64,000 bases of DNA from Felis catus (GCF_018350175.1 NC_058368.1:29576001-29640000), one strand, 5' to 3'. Shown: positions 22,814 through 34,086, numbered from the stretch's first letter. Made by a program: numbers and translations. Notes: a model not told the origin generated them from the letters alone.

Positions 22814-23579
22814 ACTTTAAAGTATTGTATGACTGTGTTTTTATATTTCTAAAAATTTACTGTTGTATTGTTTTGATTATTTGTCTTCTGTATACCTGCT
22901 CGGGAGAGGACAGCGCACCCAACTTTGCAATCGGAACCTACAAATTAGGAAAGAGTGGTAGTATGTGAACCATTAGGTTACCTCGCTTAGCAAGCCAGCG
23001 TACCACCACTCCTAGCAAATTCTAGAGTCCGGTTTTCTTGTATGATACATATATGAAAACCCTGAAGAGACATGAATCATTCCCCTTTTCTAGACTTCAA
23101 AGCCCTATTCCTTATTTCTTTTTTTAGAGCAATAGAAAGTTCCCCATCTAAAATTTTTCTTTTTTAATACCTTCTTGCCATGGACTTTTATCTTAGAATT
23201 ACTTCAGTCTGCCTCAAATGAAGGTGTCTGGTTTTTGGTAAAATTGCTGTTGAGGATATTTAATTTAAAAACAGATTTGCTCTTTTAATTTTAGGGAAAA
23301 TTTATGTTAAATTGTTAGGGTTCCCTTATTAGACAAGGTAAAAAATTTATAACTCAGAATATTACTTTTTTTTTTCCTTTGGTATGGTAGAAAGCTTGGT
23401 TTTTATTTACTGATTAATTTGAATAATAGGTTATTTAAATCAAAGATTTTGATGTAATTGTTTCGCCCACTAAAATGAATATGTATGTACATGTATGTAG
23501 GTATTAGTTAAGGCCTGTGTAGTTGAATTTCACTTATAAATTAATGTATTAGGAAATTTCATATTAAGAAATTAAAACA

Positions 23580-23791
23580 ATTTTTTTGATGTTTAATTTT
23601 GAGAGAGAGAAAGAAAATGAACATAAGTGGGGGAGAGGCAGAGAGGGAGACACAGAATCCAAAGCAGGCTCCAGTCTCTGAGCTGTCAGCACAGAGCCCA
23701 ATGCACGACTTGAACCCACAAACCGCGAGATCATGACCTGAGCCCATATTGGATGCTTAACCAATAACCAACTGAGCCACTCAGGCACCCC
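23580..23791 (-). mobile_element. CanSINE
   Basis: Antisense SINEC body. Confidence 0.9.
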
Positions 23792-24071
23792 ATTTTAAGA
23801 AATTTTTATTTTTCAAAATAATCTTGCTTGTAATTAGATTGTGTGTGTAAACTTTTATTTAGAATACTTTTAATAATTTTAAACATTATATTTCATTAGA
23901 CCCTGTACTGTTTAGATATCATCATTGTTCTAAGTCTTGTAATAATTTGCTTACATACATGTTTGCATTGCCGTCTTTTAAGTGTATAGTTCACCATCTG
24001 TCGTCTGTTGGCTCCCATGGAATCTGGAGATACGACAACTACACAAAGTACAGAAGTGGTTTTTAAAAAAA

Positions 24072-24244
24072 TTTTTTTAAATGTTTATTCATTTTTGAGA
24101 GAGAGAGAGGGAGACACCAAATCTGAAGCAGGCTCCAAGCTCTGAGCTGTCAGCACAGAGCCCAACGCGGGCCTCAAACCCATGAACTGTGAGATCATGA
24201 CCTGAACTGAGGTTGGCCGCTTAACTGAGCCACGCAGGCGCCCC
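24072..24244 (-). mobile_element. CanSINE
   Basis: Antisense body; TSD-like agaagtggttttt and agaggtgttttt. Confidence 0.9.
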
Positions 24245-24786
24245 AGAGGTGTTTTTTGCCCTTGGTAAGAATGGCATGGTAACAAGAAGGCCACTGAGAG
24301 AATAGTAGACAGGATAGGTAGGTAGCTGCTTTGGAGAACAAACCTGGGTCAGGAGAGGCCTTTAGATCCCAGTCCAGCTGTCTGTTACTAGGCTTCCACT
24401 CCACACTAAATGATGGTGTGTAGGGACTCTTAATTCATATCTGATTTCGTTGTGCTAGAGGAAGCTCCTTTAACAGAAGAGGGTGAGGGGAAATAGAGAT
24501 TCTGTGTATCTGGGAACCAGTAAGTTTGACTGGTTAAAAGCAATTTTTTTTTTTTTTTTTAATTCTTCAGGATGAATGTCTAGATGTTAAACCTATTAGT
24601 ATATTTGTAGCTGTAATTTTATGCTTGCTATAAACTGTGGTACGACAAGGGTTTCTGTCTAATTTACTGCTGAATCCCTGAGTGCCTAAAGCACTGCTTG
24701 GAACATAGTAGATATTCAGTAAGTATTTGTTGAATGAATATGTTAGATGGTGCAGATGAGTGATGTTACACTCTGTTTTTTTCTAG

Positions 24787-24840
24787 GTGCAGATCCTGAT
24801 TTCACTGTCTGGATTAAAAGGTGTCAAGAAGCTCAGGATG
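24787..24840 (+). CDS. SUGT1: SUGT1 exon 6
   Basis: ttttttctAG|; SADPDFTVWIKRCQEAQD; donor G|GTAAGC; 54 nt. Confidence 0.95.
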
Positions 24841-25218
24841 GTAAGCATGTAGGTTTGTAAAGGTCTTTCAGTTTACAAAGAAGTAAATGTTTGACATTTT
24901 TGGATTTAAACAAATTTATTTGTAACTTTATAACTTTATACATCATAAATTTAACTAGTTCCCTCAGATAGGGATTTCCAAGGTACTGTTATATTGAAAG
25001 GATGATTTAGATAGATTTGTATCATTATATTACCGGTAAGAAATTACTAAGAAGTCTAAAGTGACTCCAGAATGCAAAATTAAACCACTTTCTTTTATTT
25101 GGGATGTATGGTAAATTGATTTATGCAATCAGTCAGTATGTTTGCACCATAGAAATTATGTATATAACTTTGTCTGTAAGTGTATTGTTAACCGGAGATG
25201 TTTTTATGTTTTTAATAG

Positions 25219-25235
25219 GATCACAATCTGAGGTG
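25219..25235 (+). CDS. SUGT1: SUGT1 exon 7 (17-nt microexon)
   Basis: tttttaatAG|GATCACAATCTGAGGTG|GTAAGT; GSQSEV; needed to keep the reading frame. Confidence 0.9.
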
Positions 25236-25602
25236 GTAAGTACAAAGTTTTTTTCCTTCGTGTTTTTACTTAATTATAATTTTGCTATGCATATTTGAGA
25301 CAGGACTCAGACTGATCTTTCTTTTAGTTATATCTTAAGCAATTTGATGCAAATACTTTTTCCTTTAGTAACTGAAGTAATACATTTTGGTTTGATGAAA
25401 TAAATGTAGAGGTTTGTAGCCATGAAAATTATTGGGCTCATTTAATGTATGAGTCAAGTTGATTTGGTATGTTTTAGTATGGTCAGGGTGGTTATTTTTT
25501 TTTTCTTTTCCTTGCTGAAACGTCCTCACATTTAGGTTGAACAGCTGCTGCCTTGGAAGCACTTGCAGGGTTTATGGTGGTGTAATAGGAACACAAAAGT
25601 CA

Positions 25603-25812
25603 GAGGTGCCTGGATGGCTTAGTTGGTTGAGCATCCAACTCTTGGTTTCAGCTCAGGTCATGGTGTCATAGTTTGTGAGTTTGAGCCCTGCATCCAGCTC
25701 TGCACTGACAGCACGGAACCTGCTTGGAATATATATACTCTCTCTCTCTTCGTCCCTCATGTGCGCATGCTCGCTCGCTTGCTCTCTCTCACAAAATAAA
25801 TATTAAAAAAAA
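25603..25812 (+). mobile_element. CanSINE
   Basis: TSD-like acacaaaagt. Confidence 0.88.
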
Positions 25813-25938
25813 AGACCCACACACAAAAGTTAACTAGAATTTGGAAATGTTTATCTAATTTAGTTTCATATTTGGTGTTTGGACATGAAGACTTTCAAGT
25901 CTTTTAAAACTGAAAAATTAAAAATTATGATGGAGTTG

Positions 25939-26133
25939 AGAGATGCCTGGGTGGCTTAGTTGGTTAGGTGTCTGACTTCGGCTCAGGTCATGATCTCACA
26001 GTTTGTGAGTCTGAGCCCATGTCTGGCTCTGTACTGACACCTCAGAGCCTGGAACCTGCTTTGGGTTGTGTGTCTCTGCCCCTCCTCCAGCTCGCACTCT
26101 GTCCCTCTTTCAAAAATAAACATTTAAAAAAAA
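25939..26133 (+). mobile_element. CanSINE
   Basis: TSD aaaattatg(a/g)tggagttga. Confidence 0.9.
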
Positions 26134-27200
26134 TTAAAATTATGGTGGAGTTGAAAATTATTTGACTTTTTTTAACTACAGTGTTTATAAATAACACGCA
26201 TAAATTACGGCTAATGGTTTTTTAGCAGTGATCATCTACAATTTAGTCAATAAAATGACAAGGATTTAGGAAACGTGTGTGTGGTCTTAACTCTAAGGGC
26301 AGTTACTTAACCTTTTTGGGTCTCTTTCTTCAAGTCTGAATGAAAATGTACATCTTTGTCTTCCAGAATTACATTGTGACACTGAGAAAATATTTTATTC
26401 TCTGGGTTTTCTTCATTTGTAAACCGGGTCTGCTAGAGTTAATCTGCTTTAGACAGGTTGTGAGCATGAGGCCAGGTATGTGCATATGTAGTGACTGGAG
26501 TTTTGAACATCACCAAAAGTGAACCCTGTCTGGTTATCCCTATACCCCCAAGGCTTGTGTATATTCCTAAGTATGATAGGTGAGGGAAGTATTTAAAAGT
26601 TGGCTTCTTTCACACCGCTGGTATTTTTGTTTATGGCTTACTATTTTGGGGATTGGAACTAGTCCTGAAAACAACAGAGTAGCATTTGGATAATACTTCG
26701 TCTGGTAACACAAATTGCTGTATAGTCACAGTGCATTTTGTCACTGCTGTAGTTGACATCAGTGTAGTTTTATCTTTATACCGAGGTGAACTGGAACAAT
26801 CTGTTCTAGTCATTATCTCCATCTGATATCTAGATGGAGTATTTGTCAATAGTTAATGCTGGAGGGTAATTCTGAGTTAGACTCAGATCTGTAGAGGGGT
26901 TTTATTTTCTTTCTTTAAACCCCATCACTTCGCTTATCATTTAGGGGCAACTTAGAGGTCACTTACGACCCAGGGCAAGTTTTTCAGATTTACATAGTTT
27001 TAACTGGCACACATGTAGTTTAGGAAAGTATGGATTGGTCAAGAGTCACTTTGTTTTTTGATGGGCAGTTTAGAATGTTTGTTACTGAGAGACCATAAAT
27101 GGAGTAAGCTGTTATCTGGAAGGTACCATGAAAATGTTCCTTCATATGTTCCAGAGCCATGTTTGATGCCATTGTTAAGCATGAAGTTTATACTAATTTC

Positions 27201-27417
27201 TTTTTTTTTTTTTTAATTTTTAAAGTTTATTTATTTATTTTGAGAGAGAAGTGCATGCGCAAGATGGGGAGGGGCAGAGAGAGAGGGAGACAGAGAATCC
27301 CAGGCAGGCTCTGTACCATCAGTGCAGAGCCCTGTGAGGGGCTCAAACTCCCAAACCGTAAGATAGTGACCTGAGCCCAAGTCCAATGCCTAACCGACTG
27401 AGCCACCCAGGCGACCC
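27201..27417 (-). mobile_element. CanSINE
   Basis: TSD-like aagtta(t/c)acta. Confidence 0.9.
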
Positions 27418-27488
27418 AAGTTACACTATTTCTGAAAAATGGTTTTTTAAATGTCATTGTTATTTTCATTTTATTTTATTAAAAAAAA

Positions 27489-27698
27489 TTTTTTTTTTAA
27501 CGTTTATTTATTTTTGAGACAGAGAGAGACAGCATGAACAGGGGAGGGGCAGAGAGAGAGGGAGACACAGAATCTGAAACAGGCTCTGGGCTCTGAGCGG
27601 TCAACACAGAGCCCGATGCGGGGCTCGAACTCATGGACTGTGAGATCATGACCTGAGCTGAAGTTGGACGCTTAACCGACTGAGCCACCCAGGCGCCC
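27489..27698 (-). mobile_element. CanSINE
   Basis: TSD tgttattttcatttta. Confidence 0.92.
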
Positions 27699-28025
27699 CT
27701 GTTATTTTCATTTTAAGGAGTTAGTACTGAACATTTTAGATGTAAGCTTTTCCAATCATACCTTTAGAAAGTATTTTGGGTTTTATGCTTTTATTTTAGA
27801 AAAAAAATCTTAAAATTATAAAAATACTGAATATTCTAATTTTTTGAGATGACTAGTGTTACTTAACAATTATGAATATTATGCTTTGTCTTTGAGGACG
27901 TTTTCATGTAGTTACTCCATATCAAAGTAACCATAGCACTGGGTAAATTAATAATATGTGTGTTTTAATATACAGTTGCTAAACCAGTTTGTAAAAATTT
28001 TTCTCTTTCGACTTGCCAAAATCAG

Positions 28026-28060
28026 TCTGCATCCCAGAGGACTCATCAGTCAAAAATCAA
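28026..28060 (+). CDS. SUGT1: SUGT1 exon 8 (35 nt; 23 nt if the acceptor at 28037 is used)
   Basis: SASQRTHQSKI(K); donor AA|GTAAGT; the frame links exon 7 to exon 9. Confidence 0.88.
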
Positions 28061-29657
28061 GTAAGTGTTTCTTTTTCATGAAATAATGCATGATATATAT
28101 GTCTAAAGGGAAAAATCCTATTGTTTAATAGTAATGAGCAAGTCCTTACTTTGTGATTTTAAGTGTTTTTTAGTTTTTTTAGAAATAGTGCTTAGCCCGA
28201 GAAAACAAATTCTCGAGCTGTTTGCTGATTCCTGTTAGTCTTTATGATTAAGGGTAAATTAAAATCACTTCACTTTAAACTTGCTTTTTCTGGTTCCATA
28301 TTATGTCACCTTGAGATGACAAGAACCTCTTTAGGTGTTATTACACAGGTAAATAAGTTAGTAGGCTTGACAGAATTGTGCCTTTTATATTTTAGAGTAT
28401 ATTTTTCATAGGATAATTCTGCATGAGTTGAAAGTTACTATTGCTCAGGGCAACAGTTACAATGATGAATTAAGCATCTAGCAAGTATTTGAATTTATTT
28501 TTAATTATTCATTAGCCATGTGTACAACTCGTATTCTTAGGACTGTAACAGAAACACAAGGCATTGATCTGGAGCTTTGCATCCTCACTGAATTTCAGCA
28601 GGAAACAGACTCTTAAAGTATATGTCTTTAATCAAGGTGCATTTTAATTACCTAAAATTGCTTGAAAATGTTAAAACAATTTATGTTCTTTCTGGCGAGA
28701 TTTAGGATGAGTCTCCAAGTACCAAGTAGACAGGGAAATTTGACTAGCTTGGTGGCAGCATCAAGAGTATAACACAAACATCGAATAATAACTATGATGT
28801 TAGAATGTAAGATAATCTGACATTGATTTCATATTACCAGGCACTGTGCTCAGTCTTAGGAATATAATAGTGGCAGGATAGATAAATAGCTCTGCCCTCT
28901 TGGAGTTTATAATCTAATCTAATCTAATTTGAAAGTGAGGATCCCTACAGTTTTAGAGCCTTCTGTGGGAAAGATACACATAATTAGAATTTCTAGGCCC
29001 ACTAGTTTTCCCATGTACCTTGAGACTGAAGGAAGATACTGTGTTTAATGTTGTGTTTGGTAGGATGGGTTAAACTTTTAAGTTATTTTAATTTTTAGCT
29101 CATTTGCTTCTGCTCATTGTATTCAGGGCTGTTGCCCCCAGCTTCAGTTAAGAGATTTTGGAGTATGAAGTCAGGTTGATGTGGGTCCAGTGTAACACCT
29201 ACCACTGACTGGCTTATTGCTTCACCCTTCTGGGCTTATATTTTTTCATCTGTAAAATAGGGATAGAGTGCTTTTTCTTCGTATTAGATTGAAACGGAAG
29301 TGTAAAACTATTGATGGTATATAATAATGGTTTGTTGTTTAGAATCAGTTTTGTTTTCAACATTAGATTAAGCATAACAGTAATACAGATGTAGGTCAGA
29401 ACCCCGAAAATCATGTAAGTGTTTAAGTCTCCTGGAAACGTTTTAGGGATTATACCTCACTGTTCATTAGTACAGATCAAAGGAAATACAGTTATAGAAA
29501 ATTGTTTGTGAATCACCAGCTGCTTTTCTATTTTGTTCCTCAAGGTGGAGCTCTTGTTTATCATATTGTAGTTTTTATCTTGACAAAACATAAAGAAGCA
29601 ACCAACAACTTTGAGAATATTAGATGTTCTGAGGTTTTTTTTTTTCTCTTTTAATAG

Positions 29658-29754
29658 GTATGACTGGTATCAAACAGAATCTCAAGTAATCATTACACTC
29701 ATGATCAAGAATGTTCAGAAGAATAATGTAATTGTGGAATTTTCAGAAAAAGAG
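29658..29754 (+). CDS. SUGT1: SUGT1 exon 9 (CS domain)
   Basis: poly-T plus t[35 protein letters not shown]; donor GAG|GTTATT; 97 nt. Confidence 0.95.
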
Positions 29755-30520
29755 GTTATTACTATCTTTGAACTATCTTTTATTTTGAGATTACGTGCTT
29801 TTATTTGCAAAATAGTATATTGCAGAATAATCTATAGCACTTTATCAGATACGTCATTTCTTCCTGAGATGTGGAAAATGCTGATAAAAATCTAAAGCAT
29901 TGCTTCTCAGTTTGAGTGATTTTAAATTTTGAGACAAAAGTGTTTATACTGTAGGGTACAGCTAGATGTACATAATTTTCCTTTAGATTTGAAATTCACA
30001 GTAGAATCTGGTTGACAAATAATAAAAGACATTAATTAGTAAGATGTGATTTGGTACATTTGTGTGATGCACTTTTGTGAAAAAGATCTACTTATTTGTT
30101 GGGTGATTTATATGTCTTAGAATTTGCTAACCACGTGAAATTAGTATGGCCTCTAATCATTTGGTTTGCTAGCATTTACTAGAAAACTTTAATGATATTT
30201 AAGTTAGTGGTAGAAGTAGATGTCTTGCTTATGAATACTTTTGTTTCATACTATATTTTGCTCTTGAGTTTTCTGGAGATTTAAATGTTAAATATTTGTT
30301 TGAAACATACTATTTTCTGTTATTTAATAATGTATGTGAGAATCCATGTAAAGGGTACCCGATAGAAAAAAAAGATTATTTTGAGTTTCTTAAATCTGGT
30401 ACTCTATATAAAGTATTTAAAACAATCTGTAGCAGCATTGAAATTCTATTCTTATATTCAGTTTAAGTGATCCTTCATTATATAAATTATAAAATGTACT
30501 GCTAATTTTGTATTCATTAG

Positions 30521-30628
30521 TTGTCTGCTTTGGTGAAACTTCCTTCTGGAGAGGATTATAATTTGAAACTGAGACTTCTTCATCTTATAATACCAGAACA
30601 GAGCACATTTAAAGTACTTTCAACAAAG
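30521..30628 (+). CDS. SUGT1: SUGT1 exon 10 (CS domain)
   Basis: [36 protein letters not shown]; donor AAG|GTAAGA; 108 nt. Confidence 0.95.
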
Positions 30629-30711
30629 GTAAGACAATTTTATTTTTTATTTTTTTATTTTATTTTATTTATTTATTTATTTATTTATTTTTTTTAAGGT
30701 AAGACAATTTT
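30626..30711 (-). mobile_element. Poly(A)-only retrotransposon insertion with 16-bp TSD
   Basis: aaggtaagacaatttt at 30626-30641 and 30696-30711 flanks 54 nt of T/(ATTT)n; the right flank reads TTTT/AAAA, an L1 endonuclease site. Confidence 0.85.
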
Positions 30712-30726
30712 AAAAGGGTTGTTAGT

Positions 30727-30820
30727 GGGAGCACCTGGCTAGCTGTCAGAAGAGCATGCAACTCTTGATCTTGGGGTTGTGAGTTCAAACCCCACATTGG
30801 GTGTAGATATTACTTTAAAA
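30727..30820 (+). mobile_element. Short CanSINE
   Basis: tRNA-like head ...gggtgtagatattac. Confidence 0.8.
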
Positions 30821-32524
30821 TAGTTGTCAGTAGTGATGTTTTCAAAATCTAGAAATATTGGTCAACTACTCACCCATGTGATTTTAAGTTTATAGATCCT
30901 TTCAGGCACATGTCTTCAAATTAAAAACAGTAATTTTTGAGTAACAATTTTCCCCTCCCAAAATTCTAGGACAGTGGAATGTAAAACTCAATTTAACCTC
31001 AGTAGTGTTTATATATTTATTAAGATTGGTATAATAGTTCTTAAAGAGGTTTTTTAAAAAGCAATTATCAGCCTCTATTTAAGATTTGATACTGACAGTG
31101 AGTATCTCTTCTCTTGAACTTGTCTGTTTTGATGTACAAATACTTTCTCACCCTGTTTTATGCAGTTAAAAATACTACTGTGAAGATGAATCTGCCTGTT
31201 TTTTTTTCCTTTTTTTTAATTAAGTTGAATTTTAGAATACTTTGTTAACAAGCGAATACTGAGTAACTCAAACTGTGGTTTGAGTAATTACGTAATTTTT
31301 AGATTTATATTTTCAAAAAGTATGCAATGGAATTAAAATTCATATATTGTTTTAGATATCAATCAAAAGATGTAGGTAGTATAATTTAACAGGACAGGTA
31401 CTGAACTGAAAAATCAAAAAAATCTGACTCTGGTTCTTTGCTCTGTGAATTTACATTGTCACAAAATTATTGTAGGTGTAAATTTTCACTGTATAAATGA
31501 GAGATGTGGACTAAATGAGTGCTGAAATTTTTTCATCTATAAAATTGTATGGAGATATGTAATGAGTTAATGACAATAAATGATATAAGTAGATTTTTTC
31601 CATTGCTACACCTTCTTTACGAACATGTCCTGCAACATGCTGTGTTATTAATTATTGAGTTTAAGTTCTAAGGCTGGGTGAATTTTCATATCTTAGAGTA
31701 GAATCAGGTCAGCTAGTGTCAGGGAGAATATGGTAACTGGCTTTGCGGAAAGAAGAGGGTATCTGCAGAGCGTTTGAGCAAAAGTGCAAAATAAAGAAGT
31801 GGTCATTTTTTGCATCTAGTTAGAAATGATTTGCCCACTAATTTATTTAAAGATTACAAAGTACAAAGCTGTTAAATTATGAGGGGGAGAGAAGAAACAG
31901 TTGTTTGGAAGATAGAAAGTAGGTGAGAAAAAGGAATGAAATCTTACCAAGATTGTAGTCCTATTGACCCTATCCACATAGTGTAGAATTTGTTTAGTAA
32001 AAGAAGATGGGTAAGTAATCAACCACAAAACTATGGCTAGATTTGGGAGGGGGACAGTTGAGAAAATTACGAATTAGGCATTTTCCTACATACGGTATTT
32101 TTATCAACAGGTTGTTAATGCATATTCTTTTGAAGTAGTTTAAATGGAAGCTGACTTGTGTGAATAGATGGCGTAAATGACTTAAAAACTTGTGTTAGTG
32201 GGTCGCCTCATGTAACTTATGGAAGAATAGTATTTGTGATAATAAATACAGAAGTCTGTGTGGCTAGAATTGAGGATGTTAACGAAGCACTGTCATCTCT
32301 TATTCTTTATTTTTCTTTGAGTCTTGAGTACTTCTTGAATCTGACCATTTTGCAGTGCTCCTGCTGTGTTCCCAGTTACCTTTTTTGTGCCTTTCCTCTT
32401 TCTTTAAATGCTACATAACTATTTTTCTTTTTTGTGCAGTAGTTTATGTATACATTTTATTTCCCTTGCATTTAGTCTGTGAGGATAAGAAGCATGTCAT
32501 ATTTATGTCTTTGTATATGCTCCA

Positions 32525-32622
32525 GGTAAGATTGGCTCATAAAGTATAGGATGCCCCATTAATTTTACAAACAATAATTTTTTAGTGTAAGTATATTCCA
32601 TTTGCTAAATTTGTCAACCCTA
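32525..32622. mobile_element. MER53-like hAT MITE remnant
   Basis: taggatgcccc...acaaacaataattttttagtgtaagtat...tgctaaatttgtcaaccctag. Confidence 0.6.
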
Positions 32623-32680
32623 GCCCTATGTGTTGTACATAGGGCTGCTCAATAATTGTTCAGTGAATACATTTATTTAA

Positions 32681-32898
32681 TTTTTTAAAGTTTATTTATT
32701 TTGGGCACGGGGGTTAGATGGGGTAGAAAGAAGGGGGAGGGGACAGGGCAGAAAGGGAGAGAGAGAAAATCCTAAGGAGGTTCTGCACCAGCAGTAGGGA
32801 GCCTGACATGGGGCTCCAACTCATGAACTGTGAGATCATGACCTGAGCCCAAACTCTAAGAGTCAGATGCTTAACCAACTGAGCCACCCAGATGCCCC
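32681..32898 (-). mobile_element. CanSINE
   Basis: Antisense body; TSD-like tcagtgaat. Confidence 0.88.
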
Positions 32899-33973
32899 TC
32901 AGTGAATTAATTTAAAATGGATTCTGATGTTAACCCTTTGCAGTTGTTATTTTTATTCTTAGTTTTATAGATGAAACCGAGGTTCATGGACTTTAAAAGC
33001 TTTCCCCAAGTTTACATAGTTACTAAATTATCCATCTTGGCCCAGGGGAAATACTTTTATTTCTGGAAAGCTAGTGCTTCTTTGCTTAGGTTTTTCTAAG
33101 TTCTAGATTAAAGAATTACCATTCTAAAGATGTGTAAAGAAGATGACTTCTTTTCCTAGCCGAAAGTAACATATATTAGTTTTGTTAGACCACCAACTTT
33201 TAAGCTGTATATTATGGGAAACAAATTGAAATAATTGTACTTAATTATATCTTAAGGGAAATGAAAATTTAGAATCTTTTTTCATACAGCAGAGGGAGAC
33301 TGTTAAATACTGAAAATCAAATCTTTTTGTGGGTTACTGAGGTTTATTTAGTGATGACACGAAGACAATAATGAAATCACATGGTTTTCATATGAATTCA
33401 GGTATCTTGAATCGTTTATGTGAGTTGAGGAAAGAATGCTTCTGGTCACAAGAAACTGCTTAAAATTAGAGATTCTGTAAAATGTGTGCTTTAAAGGGGT
33501 GATTTCTTTGGGAATTCGGTTTTTTTCTTTTCCACCTTCAAGGGTGAAGAAATGTTGCATATTTTTGTATAATCTTTGGTTAAGTGTTATTAATTCAAGG
33601 GAAATACAATTTGCAATGAAAATAAGAGAGGTAGCACCCTTCAATCAGTGAAATAGCATTTTTAACTAAATATTTTACAGTGTCCTACCTAGATTTTTCC
33701 AAGTCAGAATTCATTTTTTTCAGTACTTCTGACAGTTATTTCTCCCTTTTATTGAATCCAAGCTTTCCTATCTGCCTATTAATTCATTTTATTTATTAAG
33801 AAATTGTAGTGTTTCTTTTGTTCCGTCTTACTAATTTCATGACAGTATTCTCTGCTCACAATCACAGGCTTATAACTTAAGTGTCAGCTGTGCTGTGAAA
33901 TACTCATATTAAAGGTTAATATTCACTCCTAAAAAAGTGAGAATTTTCAAAATGCTTTGTAGAAATATTCTTT

Positions 33974-34086
33974 GGGGTACCTGGCTGGCTCATTCAGTGG
34001 AGTGTGAGACCTTTGATCTTGGGGTTGTGGGTTCAAGTCCCGCATTGGGTGTAGAGATTACTTAAAAATAAAAATTTTTAAAAAAA
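33974..34086 (+). mobile_element. Short CanSINE
   Basis: tRNA-like head plus A-tail. Confidence 0.8.

Noticed and set aside
22921..23020. Hammerhead-like three-stem arrangement containing GAAA
   Set aside because: No CUGANGA core, and the stem III/UH register is wrong
23965..24060. Imperfect hairpin (GTCGT/ACGAC, GTGT/ACAC, CTCC/GGAG)
   Set aside because: Helices of 4-6 bp are expected by chance
27497..27688. Recurrent [20 protein letters not shown] ORFs (also at 9832, 38160, 53675 and others)
   Set aside because: Translations of CanSINE bodies, not a gene family
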